From Alphaproteobacteria bacterium (GTDB taxonomy: Bacteria > Pseudomonadota > Alphaproteobacteria > CALKHQ01), in contig CBDDFZ010000001.1 in NCBI GenBank assembly GCA_965227515.1, positions 640,001-704,000 of the forward strand: a stretch of 64,000 bases of DNA. Reading direction: 5' to 3'. Of the stretch, positions 51,523 to 59,942 are shown piece by piece. Under the pieces are notes generated by a model. The model saw only the letters and a program-made list of their open reading frames with translations. It was not told the origin of the DNA and searched no databases. Within the stretch, counting starts at the first letter, position 1. The number at the start of each line of letters is the position of its first letter. The position numbers and the translations under genes are program-made.

Positions 51523-51657
51523 GCGCCATTTATACACCCATTTACACCCGATTAGGAGCGGCAGTTGACCAAGGGGTGACAGTGACGCGCGGTTGCGCCG
51601 ACGCCTGCTTCCGGGCCACCATCGATTGGACGAATTGACATGGCATGGGGGCCTGAC

Positions 51658-52500
51658 ATGTACGACCGAGAGTGTGTGACCTGGATTGCCCTGGCGGCAT
51701 CGTCCCTGTTGGCGGCCAACGCGGCGGCCCAGGAACCGTGTGGCGGGGTGGAGCAACCCTGCGAGGTCGAGGAGGGCGTCTATCACGTCGCCCTGCCTGA
51801 CGGGGTCGAGAACCCGCCCGCCGTCATCTACTTGCACGGCTATGGCGGCGCGGGCCACAAGACGCTGGCGAAAGAGGCATTCGTCAACCAGTTCACCGAC
51901 CGCGGCTACGCGCTGATCCTGCCGACCGGCCAGCCCGACAAGGCGGAGAACCCGGGGTTGGACTGGGGCGCGCTCGACAATCTGATCCTGCCGCGTGACG
52001 ACGTGGCGTTCCTGCAGGACGTGCGCGCCGACGCGCTGGCGCGCTTCGGCCTCGATCCGGACCGCATCCTGATCGCCGGCTATTCGCGCGGCGGTTCGAT
52101 GGTGTGGGAGATGGCCTGCGAGGCGCCGGACAGCGCGCGCGGCTTCGCGGCATTGGCCGGCACGTTCTGGGAGCCGATGCGGGCCACCTGCGCCGGCCCG
52201 GTCGACCTCCACCACACCCACGGCTTCACCGACCGTACCTTGCCGCTGGAGGGCCGCGTGCTGCCGTTCGCCGGCATGCGCTTCCAGCCGATCGACATCC
52301 TGACCGCGCTCCGGCTGATGACCGGGGTCAACGGGTGCAGCCAGCAGGCGAATACGAGCGACACCGAGGGCGCGTTCTGGGTCAAGTCGTGGACCGACTG
52401 CGCCGCCGGATCGCTGACCCTGGCGCTCTCGCCCGGGGGCCACGGCATGCCGGATGGCTGGGCCAACCTGATCCTGGATTGGTTCGAAACGCTGGAGTAG
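51658..52500 (+). CDS. Secreted alpha/beta hydrolase (PHB depolymerase-like esterase)
   Basis: YLHGYG, GYSRG nucleophile, HG..D, GGH. Confidence 0.78.
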   Translation: MYDRECVTWIALAASSLLAANAAAQEPCGGVEQPCEVEEGVYHVALPDGVENPPAVIYLHGYGGAGHKTLAKEAFVNQFTDRGYALILPTGQPDKAENPGLDWGALDNLILPRDDVAFLQDVRADALARFGLDPDRILIAGYSRGGSMVWEMACEAPDSARGFAALAGTFWEPMRATCAGPVDLHHTHGFTDRTLPLEGRVLPFAGMRFQPIDILTALRLMTGVNGCSQQANTSDTEGAFWVKSWTDCAAGSLTLALSPGGHGMPDGWANLILDWFETLE

Positions 52501-52513
52501 GCAGCGGCGCGCC

Positions 52514-53284
52514 TTAGCTCACCGGATCGAGGCCGACCGCCGCGCGGCCCTCGTCGGTCTTCAGCGAGAAGTCGGTGCCGAGCCAGTCGTCGGCGCCCGG
52601 CCCGCACAGATAGGCGATGGCGCGCGCCACCCATTCCGGCGGGATGTGCACCGAGAAATCGAGCTGGCTGACCGGGTTGATGCCCGACGCCTTGATCTGC
52701 ACCTGCATCTCGGTCGCCACCGTGCCGGGGCTCAGCCCGACCGCGCGGATGCCCTGGTCGCGGTACTCCTTGTCGACGCAGCGGGTGAGCGACAGCACGC
52801 CGGCCTTGGTGGCGCAATAGTGGCTCCACCCCTCCAGCGCGCCGGTCGCCGCACCCGAGCTGATGTTGATGATGGTGCCGCCGCCGCGCGACACCATCTC
52901 CGGAATCGCGAAACGCAGGCCGTAATAGACGCCCTTCAAGTTGATATCGACCACATGGCTCCATTCGGCCGGGTCGCTGTCGGCCAGCCGCGCCACCGGC
53001 TCGATGACGCCGGCATTGTTGACCAGCACGTCGAGGCGGCCGGTGCGGTCGACGGCTGCTGCCACCAGGTCGCGAACGTCATCGGCGCTGGCGACATCGC
53101 AGGCGACTGCGATGGCACTGCCGCCGCCGGCCCCGATCTCGAGCGCGATCTCGCCGATCCGGCTTTCGGTCCGCGCGGCGAGCACCACGGTCGCGCCTGC
53201 CTCGGCCAGATGGCGGGCGGCGGCCTCGCCGATGCCCCGGCTGGCGCCGGTCACGATGATGGTCTTGCCGGCAATGTCGGTCAT
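52514..53284 (-). CDS. SDR family oxidoreductase
   Basis: TGASRGIG, NNAG, YCATK. Confidence 0.92.
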   Translation of the reverse strand: MTDIAGKTIIVTGASRGIGEAAARHLAEAGATVVLAARTESRIGEIALEIGAGGGSAIAVACDVASADDVRDLVAAAVDRTGRLDVLVNNAGVIEPVARLADSDPAEWSHVVDINLKGVYYGLRFAIPEMVSRGGGTIINISSGAATGALEGWSHYCATKAGVLSLTRCVDKEYRDQGIRAVGLSPGTVATEMQVQIKASGINPVSQLDFSVHIPPEWVARAIAYLCGPGADDWLGTDFSLKTDEGRAAVGLDPVS

Positions 53285-53323
53285 GGCGCGGTCCTTCAAC
53301 TGAAAGATGTTCGATAGGGCCGG

Positions 53324-54358
53324 TCAGCCCACGGCGGGGATGATGTCCTCCGCCAGCATGGCGCGCAAGTCGCCGACGTAACCGTCGGAGCGTGCCGGGC
53401 GGTTGGGGTCGGAGGTGATGGCGACGGTCAGTGCCGCGTCAGGCACCACGTAGAGGAGCTGGCCGCCATAGCCCCTTGCGTAGCGCACTTCCGCGCCGCC
53501 CAGCTCGGTCGCGAACCAGCCATAGCCGTACCGGTCGCCGGAATAGGGCGAGCGGGTGCGCGGCTGCCAGCTCGCCTCGATCCAGCCCTCGCTGACCACC
53601 CGCTGGCCGTTCCACACCCCGCCCATGCGCGCCATCTCGCCGAAGCGCCACAGCGCGGTCGGCGCCAGCGCCATGTTGTTGCCGCCCATGTAGAAGCCCT
53701 GCGGGTCGCGGGTCCATGGCGGCACTTGGATCTCCAGCGGCGTGCCCAGCCAGTCGCGGGCCAGCGCCAGCAGGCTCTGACCGGTCACCTGCGACAGCAC
53801 CGCGCCGAGCACGTGGTAGCTGCCGGTGGAATAGAGCATGCGCCCGCCCGGCACGTCGATGAACGGGCGGGTCAGCACATAGCGCACCCAGTTGCCGCTG
53901 CCGACCCAGGCGCCGTAGTTGGGGCCGGAGGTGCGGTCGAGCCCGGCGCGCATGGTCAGCAAATGGTCGACGGTGATGTCCTGGACCAATGGATCGGCAT
54001 CGGCCGGCACCAGGTCGCCCAGCAACGGCGCTACCGGCGTGTCGGGCCCGGCGATCAGGCCACGGTCGATGGCGATGCCGGTCAGGATGGCGACGATGGT
54101 CTTCGACGCCGACTTGACGTTGGCCGGGTAGTCGAGCGACGGGCCGCGAAACGCCTCCGCCGCAACCACCTCGCCGCGATGGCCGACGATCATGCTGTGG
54201 AGCTGGTCGAGGCCGCGGGCGCGTTCGACCGCGCGGGCCAGCACGTCGGTGTCCAGGGCCGGCAGCGCCGCGCGCGCGAGCGGAGCGGCAGCGAGCGTCC
54301 CCGCCGCCGCGGCGCAACCGGCAAGCACGTCCCGCCGGCGAAGTTTCGTTTTTGCCAT
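53324..54358 (-). CDS. Tat-exported serine hydrolase (beta-lactamase-related family)
   Basis: RRRDVL Tat motif, SASK (SxxK), LLTMRAGL, YST, ARGYGGQ. Confidence 0.85.
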   Translation of the reverse strand: MAKTKLRRRDVLAGCAAAAGTLAAAPLARAALPALDTDVLARAVERARGLDQLHSMIVGHRGEVVAAEAFRGPSLDYPANVKSASKTIVAILTGIAIDRGLIAGPDTPVAPLLGDLVPADADPLVQDITVDHLLTMRAGLDRTSGPNYGAWVGSGNWVRYVLTRPFIDVPGGRMLYSTGSYHVLGAVLSQVTGQSLLALARDWLGTPLEIQVPPWTRDPQGFYMGGNNMALAPTALWRFGEMARMGGVWNGQRVVSEGWIEASWQPRTRSPYSGDRYGYGWFATELGGAEVRYARGYGGQLLYVVPDAALTVAITSDPNRPARSDGYVGDLRAMLAEDIIPAVG

Positions 54359-54511
54359 GACGGCAGAATTGCGCCAGCGCGACCGTGAGATCAACTCATC
54401 GACGCTTCACACCCGCGTCATCTCGCCGACTCGATGAAGACGCCCTTGCCACATGGGTTATGCCATTCACACATCTCGATTGCGGTTGCTCCATTTCTCC
54501 AAAAGACGCTC

Positions 54512-54688
54512 GACTCCCTCGGCCTTGTGCCGAGGGTCCATAGCAACGCCGGACGCGATTGGCGGGCGGGAAGGCATCAACATCTGATGCAGCAACCACT
54601 CCAAGGACAATATCCAGGATCGGTGGCATATCGCCAAACCATTGGAGCGAATGCGAAAATAGGCCCTCGGCACAAGGCCGAGGGCGTC
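54512..54688. repeat. REP-doublet-like element, family A
   Basis: GACTCCCTCGGCCTTGTGCCGAGGGTCCAT...GGCCCTCGGCACAAGGCCGAGGGCGTC. Confidence 0.82.
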
Positions 54689-54702
54689 AACTTTCTAGGC
54701 GC

Positions 54703-54775
54703 GTAGCCTGGGTGAAGCGTAGCGAAACCCGGGTTCCACTTCGTTCCACCCAGGCTACGGGGTTCCATCCAGGCT
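54703..54775. repeat. GTAG-family REP cluster, interrupted at its last GTAG by the IS110 element
   Basis: GTAGCCTGGGTGAAGCGTAGCGAAACCCGGG...CCAGGCTAC...CCATCCAGGCT; remainder ACGGGAT lies at 56205-56211. Confidence 0.88.
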
Positions 54776-54809
54776 TCTGTAACGGACCGTTGTTGGTCAA
54801 TCCCTTTTT

Positions 54810-54985
54810 CGTCGTCCCGGCGCCTGGGTCATGCTTCTGTACGGGGTCGGCGCAGGGCCGCCGCCAAGATGGATATGCGAGGATCGGTCGGTCCAATCTA
54901 CGGAAGCGTGCTCTCGTGCGAGGCGACATCCTGGATGGCGGCCTGACCTGATCCATCGTCCCGGCGCGGGACGGCGCTTGACGGG
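54810..54985 (-). ncRNA. Putative bridge (seek) RNA of the IS110 element; ends approximate
   Basis: 5'->3': CCAUCCAGG (left target), CCGUAG (right target, reverse complement), CCAUCU (left donor), UACAGAAG (right donor, reverse complement), arranged around hairpins. Confidence 0.78.
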
Positions 54986-55048
54986 CCGGTGTCAGCGCCC
55001 GCCGAAGCTCGTGTGTTGGTTCTCCCTATGCGGCGGTCGTCTTTGCCA

Positions 55049-56092
55049 TTAGGCCGCGGCCATCGCCGGGCGCACCGGTCCGGCATGGTTGAACACGGTG
55101 CCGTCAACCCACATCCGGTGCATGATCACGGCCAGCCGGCGCGCCAGGGCCACCTTCGCCTTCCTCATGCCGGCTCGCCTGGCCAGCTTCATCGCCCAGC
55201 TCTTCAACCACCCGCCCTTGATCGGCCGGGTCAGGATCACGTGCGCCGCCTCGTAAAGCGCTGCACGCACGTCCGCATCGCCCACCTTCGAGATCCGCCC
55301 CGTCATCTCGCTCTCGCCCGACTGGCGCTTGGTCGGCGTCAGACCGAAGTGCGCCCCCACCAGGCGCGACGACGCAAACCGCCCAGGGTCGTCCACCCCC
55401 GACAAGTAGGTCAGACCGACAATCTCCCCCACCCCCGGCACCGTCATCAGCAGACGCACCCGAGCGTCCGCCTGCGATGCCGCTCGGACCTGCCGGTCCA
55501 GCGCCGTGAACGAATGCAGCAACCCATCTCGTGCCGCCAGCAACGCACCCGCCACCGCCTCCAAGACAGGATGCCCAGACACCAATGTCGCAATACGCGC
55601 GGCAAAGCGGCGCCGCGTCGTGGGCCCTACCTTCAGCCCGAAGTTCCGCAGCTGACCGCGAAGGTGCATCTCAAGGTCGTGCAGTTTGCAGCGAAGCTGA
55701 TCGCGCCCCTTCAAGAGCGCGCGCATCTCCTGAGCCGCCAAAGACTTGCAATGAACAGGCCGAAACCAACCCACACGCATCATCTGAGCAATCCCACGCG
55801 CGTCCGAGCGATCCGACTTCACCGGCATCGTCGAAAGCGCTCGCGCAACGTGACGCGTCTCCAGCAACTCAACCGAAAGACCACCCTGCGCGCACTCCCG
55901 CACAAGCCATTGCGACAATGGACCCGCCTCAAGACCAATCCGCTCAACCGAAAAACCCAGACCCTCAAACCAAGCCAATAAACCCGAAGGCGTGCTCGCA
56001 ATACGAGCCTCGCAGACAATCCCGCCCGCGCCGTCAACAACGCACACCGATGACCATTCCAAAGAAACGTCAATCCCGGCATAGTAGTTCAT
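55049..56092 (-). CDS. IS110 family DEDD recombinase/transposase (347 aa)
   Basis: GIDVS, GLEAG, KSDRSDA (DEDD); TVPGVG; HFGLTP..RQSG (conserved Ser); GRISKVGD..VR.ALYEAA; frame intact. Confidence 0.95.
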   Translation of the reverse strand: MNYYAGIDVSLEWSSVCVVDGAGGIVCEARIASTPSGLLAWFEGLGFSVERIGLEAGPLSQWLVRECAQGGLSVELLETRHVARALSTMPVKSDRSDARGIAQMMRVGWFRPVHCKSLAAQEMRALLKGRDQLRCKLHDLEMHLRGQLRNFGLKVGPTTRRRFAARIATLVSGHPVLEAVAGALLAARDGLLHSFTALDRQVRAASQADARVRLLMTVPGVGEIVGLTYLSGVDDPGRFASSRLVGAHFGLTPTKRQSGESEMTGRISKVGDADVRAALYEAAHVILTRPIKGGWLKSWAMKLARRAGMRKAKVALARRLAVIMHRMWVDGTVFNHAGPVRPAMAAA

Positions 56093-56210
56093 GGTCGTCT
56101 CTCCTCGATGTCTTGGAGCGGCAAACCCGACTCCGTGTATGACACCGACATCTTGAGGGACGACCACTCAACTCAGCCAAAAAAACAGGACCGTTAGCCC
56201 ATCTACGGGA

Positions 56211-56699
56211 TTAGGCCGCTTTCTTGTTCAGAGTCACCTCGGCCAGCGAGGTCAGCTCGCGGTCGACATCGTATTCGTTGTCCAGGTTCTGCTGCAGCAG
56301 GGTCTTGGCGGTGTCGTTACCCAGCAAGTCGGCCCATGAGACCAGCGTGCCGTAGCGCGCGATGCCATAGTGCTTGGCGGCCTGCAGCGCGGCCACGATG
56401 GCGGCGTCCATCGCCTGGTCGTCGTCGCAATCGGCGATGATTTCGTCGGTCTCGTCGATGATGCCGTTGATCGCCGGACAGGTCTCGCCGCGCGGCTTCA
56501 GGTCGATGGTCTCGAACACGCTTTCCAGGCGCTCGACCTTCTTGTCGACCTCGTCGCCGTGGGTGTTCAGGAAGTTGGTCAGCGTGTCGAAATTGGCCTT
56601 GGCCTGCATCTTCGGCATCGTCGTGCGCATGCGCTTCTCGGCGTAGTAGATGTCGCGCAGGAAGTGCTTGAACAGGTCGTCGAGCGAAGTCATTGCCAT
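56211..56699 (-). CDS. Ferritin-like DUF892/YciF family protein
   Basis: LRDIYYAEK, RLESVF, CPAINGII, HYGIARYGTL..WA..LG. Confidence 0.88.
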   Translation of the reverse strand: MAMTSLDDLFKHFLRDIYYAEKRMRTTMPKMQAKANFDTLTNFLNTHGDEVDKKVERLESVFETIDLKPRGETCPAINGIIDETDEIIADCDDDQAMDAAIVAALQAAKHYGIARYGTLVSWADLLGNDTAKTLLQQNLDNEYDVDRELTSLAEVTLNKKAA

Positions 56700-56773
56700 G
56701 TCGTCCTCCGGAGCGTTCCGGGAGCCGGCGCACCAGGACGCGACAACGCTCCCGTTGTTGGGGTCAATCCCAC

Positions 56774-56798
56774 AACGGAGGAAAGGCTCGAAGGTTCC
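56774..56798 (-). promoter_or_regulatory. EcfG/sigmaT general-stress promoter
   Basis: Exact GGAAC-N16-CGTT upstream of a DUF892 gene, a typical general-stress regulon member. Confidence 0.7.
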
Positions 56799-56812
56799 GG
56801 CTGTACCGGCGC

Positions 56813-56892
56813 GTAGCCCGGGTGAAGCGCAGCGAAACCCGGGTTCCATTTCGTTCCACGCAGGCTACCGGGTTCCACCCGGGCTACGGGAT
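56813..56892. repeat. GTAG-family REP cluster (unoccupied)
   Basis: GTAGCCCGGGTGAAGCGCAGCGAAACCCGGG...CAGGCTAC...CCGGGCTACGGGAT. Confidence 0.88.
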
Positions 56893-56907
56893 CGACAAGT
56901 CCCTGAT

Positions 56908-57501
56908 CTAGTGCTCCCGGGGCGCGTGCTTGTTCAGGATGCGCTGCAGGGTGCGGCGGTGCATGTTCAGGCGCCGCGCCGTTTCCGAGACGTTGCGGTC
57001 GCACTGCTCGAACACGCGCTGGATGTGCTCCCAGCGCACGCGGTCGGCCGACATCGGGTTTTCCGGCGGCGGCGGCAGCGAGCCCTCGTGCGCGGTGAGC
57101 GCGGCGGCCACCTGGTCGGCGTCGGCGGGCTTGGGCAGATAGTCGACCGCGCCGGCCTTGATCGCGCTGACCGCGGTGGCGATGTTGCCGTACCCGGTCA
57201 GCATGACGATGCGGCAGTCCGGGCGCGCGTCGCGCAGCACCGGCACGATGGACAGGCCATTGCCGTCCTCCAGCCGCATGTCGATGACCGCGAAGGCGGG
57301 TGGCTTGACTGCAATCGCCTCCATCGACTCCGCCACCGACGCCGTGCCGACCACGGTGAAGCCGCGCTTCTCCATCGCCCGGCTCAGGCGGTTGCGTAGC
57401 GGCGCATCGTCGTCGACGATCAACAGATGGCGGTCGTCGGCGGCGTTGGGACCCGCATTGGTTGTGTGGGGTGACGATCCGCCGGGTGGCGTTGTTGTCA
57501 T
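56908..57501 (-). CDS. regA: Redox response regulator RegA/PrrA/ActR
   Basis: LTGYGNIATAV, PENPMSADRVRWEHIQRV, NVSETARRLNMHRRTLQRIL. Confidence 0.95.
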   Translation of the reverse strand: MTTTPPGGSSPHTTNAGPNAADDRHLLIVDDDAPLRNRLSRAMEKRGFTVVGTASVAESMEAIAVKPPAFAVIDMRLEDGNGLSIVPVLRDARPDCRIVMLTGYGNIATAVSAIKAGAVDYLPKPADADQVAAALTAHEGSLPPPPENPMSADRVRWEHIQRVFEQCDRNVSETARRLNMHRRTLQRILNKHAPREH

Positions 57502-58973
57502 ATCCGGCTGCCTCCGGTTGGGCTGGCATTGGGCGCCACGTTCGCGGCCGCCCCTGTTGTGATCGCCCCTGTTGTGATCATTGACAATTGTTCGGGGGAC
57601 CAGGTGATGGTGACCGCGGCACCACCTCCTAATTCGCGCGGAACGTTGCCATAAGTCAACTCGGCACCGGTTCGGGCGAGCAGGGTTTCGGCGATGAACA
57701 CGCCCAATCCCATGTGTCCGGTGCGTACCCGCTTGCCGCCGCGATGGGTGGCCCGCCGGCTGGACACATAGGGCTCGCCGAGCCGGCCCAGGATGGACGG
57801 CGCGAAGCCCGGCCCGTCGTCGGACAGCACCACGCTGACCGATTTCGGGGTCCAGCTTGCGGTCAGCGTCACATTGGTGCGGGCAAACTGCACGGCGTTC
57901 TCGATCAGCGTGCCGAGGCCCTGGCGCAGTTCGGCGGAGTTGGCGGCGATCGGCTCCTCGCCCTCGCTGTCCTCGCACACCACCTCCACCGTGACCGTCT
58001 CGTGCTCGTGCGCCATCGCGATGTCGTTGAGCAGGGTGCTCAGGGGCAGGCGGGCAAACGTGGTGTCGGTGCCGGTGGTGGAGTCCAGAGGGCGGGTGGA
58101 CAAGCCGGTCAGGATCTCGCGGCAGCGGTCGGTCTGGCTCAGCAGCAGGGTGATGTCCTCGCGCAGCGGCCCTTCCGCCGGCAGATCGTCCTTCAGCTCG
58201 TTGGCGACCACCGCGATGGTGGCGAGCGGAGAGCCCAGCTCGTGCGCCGCCGCGGCCGCCAGCGCGCCGACCGCCGACCGGCGCTGTTCGCGCGACAGGG
58301 CGACCTGGGTCACCGCCAGCGCGTCGCTGATGCGGCGCCCCTCCTCCGCCACCCGGCCGACATAGACCGCGATGAAGGCGGCGCTGATGCACACCGCCGT
58401 CCACAGCCCCAACAGATAGATCGACGGCACCGAGAAGCCCATTTCGTCGGGCAGCGGTAGCGGTTCGTGGAAAAAGGCGATGAAGCTCATGCACAGGATC
58501 GCGAGCAGCATCAACGCGACAGTGATCCAGCGCGACAGGATGGAGGCGGAGATCACCACCGGCGCGATCACCAGGAACACGAACGGGTTCTCGATCCCGC
58601 CGGTCAGGTAGAGGAGGGCCGTGAGCTGGATGATGTCGTAGCCCAGCATGAACGCGGCATCGCGGTCCGAGACCCGCGGCAATGTCGGCCCGAACAGCTG
58701 CACCGCCACGTTGAGCACCACCGACGAGGCGATCACCAGCATGGCGGCGATGATCGGCAGTTCGTAGCCGAAGCCATAGCGCACCACCAGGACCGCCGCG
58801 AACTGGCCGGCGATCGCGCCCCACCGGATCAGGACCAGGGTGCGCAGGCTGACCGGCGCCGGGGTTTCGCCGTGCATCTCCGGCGGCACCGCGCGCACGA
58901 CGCGGCCCTCCAGGCTCTCCCGCGCCGGGGTGGGCGGGTCGTTCTGTGCTCCCGCGGTTGCGGTCGCCGTCAT
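57498..58973 (-). CDS. regB: Redox sensor kinase RegB/PrrB/ActS
   Basis: GGIENPF quinone-binding motif, AHELGSPL, DRCR redox Cys, MGLGVFI. Confidence 0.93.
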   Translation of the reverse strand: MTATATAGAQNDPPTPARESLEGRVVRAVPPEMHGETPAPVSLRTLVLIRWGAIAGQFAAVLVVRYGFGYELPIIAAMLVIASSVVLNVAVQLFGPTLPRVSDRDAAFMLGYDIIQLTALLYLTGGIENPFVFLVIAPVVISASILSRWITVALMLLAILCMSFIAFFHEPLPLPDEMGFSVPSIYLLGLWTAVCISAAFIAVYVGRVAEEGRRISDALAVTQVALSREQRRSAVGALAAAAAHELGSPLATIAVVANELKDDLPAEGPLREDITLLLSQTDRCREILTGLSTRPLDSTTGTDTTFARLPLSTLLNDIAMAHEHETVTVEVVCEDSEGEEPIAANSAELRQGLGTLIENAVQFARTNVTLTASWTPKSVSVVLSDDGPGFAPSILGRLGEPYVSSRRATHRGGKRVRTGHMGLGVFIAETLLARTGAELTYGNVPRELGGGAAVTITWSPEQLSMITTGAITTGAAANVAPNASPTGGSRI

Positions 58974-59243
58974 TCGGGACTCCAGCGCTCTGTCCTGCAC
59001 AATCCTGGGTGCGCGCAAGGTTTGCGCCGATTTGGCCCCGAAAGGCAAGCGTGCCGGCGCCAATCGTGCCGCGTCGTGCTGCCAGTCTGGACGGAAAAGC
59101 GTATACTTCTGGCCAACCGAGTCGCGCCGTCGTGCGGGGGCATGGCAGTTCACTTGCCGAGCGATTGATAAGTAGCTCGGCCCATGGGGTGATGGAACTG
59201 GGCGGCGGTCTCTGGCAACCCTTAACGCGGTTGGAGATCCAAC

Positions 59244-59942
59244 ATGCTGAAGACACTGCACGCCATCACCCTGGCCGCAGGCTTGGCCCTCGTCGCCGCC
59301 TTGGCGCCGGCACCGGCCGACGCCCAGGGCTATTCCGACGAGCAGCAGCTGGTCGACGAGGCGGCGCTCACCCTGCACACCCTGCTCAACGACCCGAATT
59401 TGCGGCCGCTGCGCCAGTTCATCAAGGACGCGCGCGCGGTGCTGATCGTGCCCGAGCTGCTGAAAGGCGGTTTCGTGTTGGGCGCGGAAGGCGGCAACGG
59501 GGTGTTCCTGGTCCGCGGCGCCAACAACACGTGGAGCGATCCGGCCTTCTACACCCTGGGCGCGGGCAGCATCGGCCTCCAGATCGGGTTCGAGGCCAAG
59601 GAAGTGGTGTTCACCATCATGAACGATGGTGCGGTGATGTCGATCCTGGACGACCAGGCCAAGCTGGGCGTCGACCTGAGCGGCGCGATCGGCCCGATCG
59701 GCGCCGGCCTGGAAGTGGCGACCACGACCAACTTCGACCAGGACATCTTCGCGTTTTCCAACGGTGTCGGCCTGTTTGCCGGCGGCGCGTTCGAGGGCGC
59801 GGTGATCGCCCGTCGCGACGACATGAACGAGGCGTATTACGGCCCCGGCGCCAACGCCTACACCATCACCCAGCAGTGGCTGCATACCAACCCGGGGTCG
59901 TCGGGACTGCGCTCGATCCTGGCGCTGACTGCGATGAACTGA
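59244..59942 (+). CDS. Secreted Ysc84/SYLF lipid-binding domain protein
   Basis: KGGFVLGAEGGNGV, WSDPAF, GSIGLQIG, GLFAG..FEG, N.AYYG. Confidence 0.85.
   Translation: MLKTLHAITLAAGLALVAALAPAPADAQGYSDEQQLVDEAALTLHTLLNDPNLRPLRQFIKDARAVLIVPELLKGGFVLGAEGGNGVFLVRGANNTWSDPAFYTLGAGSIGLQIGFEAKEVVFTIMNDGAVMSILDDQAKLGVDLSGAIGPIGAGLEVATTTNFDQDIFAFSNGVGLFAGGAFEGAVIARRDDMNEAYYGPGANAYTITQQWLHTNPGSSGLRSILALTAMN

Larger units (their letters stand above)
54776..56202 (-). mobile_element. IS110 family element (IS1111-like: long 3' non-coding end, subterminal IRs)
   Basis: CT core at 54774-54775 and 56203-56204; removing the element restores a REP matching 56813-56892; subterminal IRs TAACGGACCGTT (54780-54791) and TAACGGTCCTGTT (56196-56184). 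Confidence 0.9.

Noticed and set aside
50473-52443. Apparent 656-aa Fic fusion
   Set aside because: The upstream part is antisense to the esterase gene; Fic homology starts at 51522
54989-56142. Plus-strand ORFs within the IS as accessory genes
   Set aside because: Antisense shadows of the recombinase with no recognisable motifs
54789-56172. GTTG..TGGTC..TCCCT inverted match as the IS termini
   Set aside because: Gapped and not equidistant from the cores; REP reconstruction and the TAACGG IRs define the ends better
54703-56892. GTAG repeat clusters as a CRISPR array
   Set aside because: Inverted palindromic units without unique regular spacers; no cas genes
59194-59220. GGAAC upstream of the SYLF gene as an EcfG promoter
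   Set aside because: No CGTT at the 16-17 nt spacing
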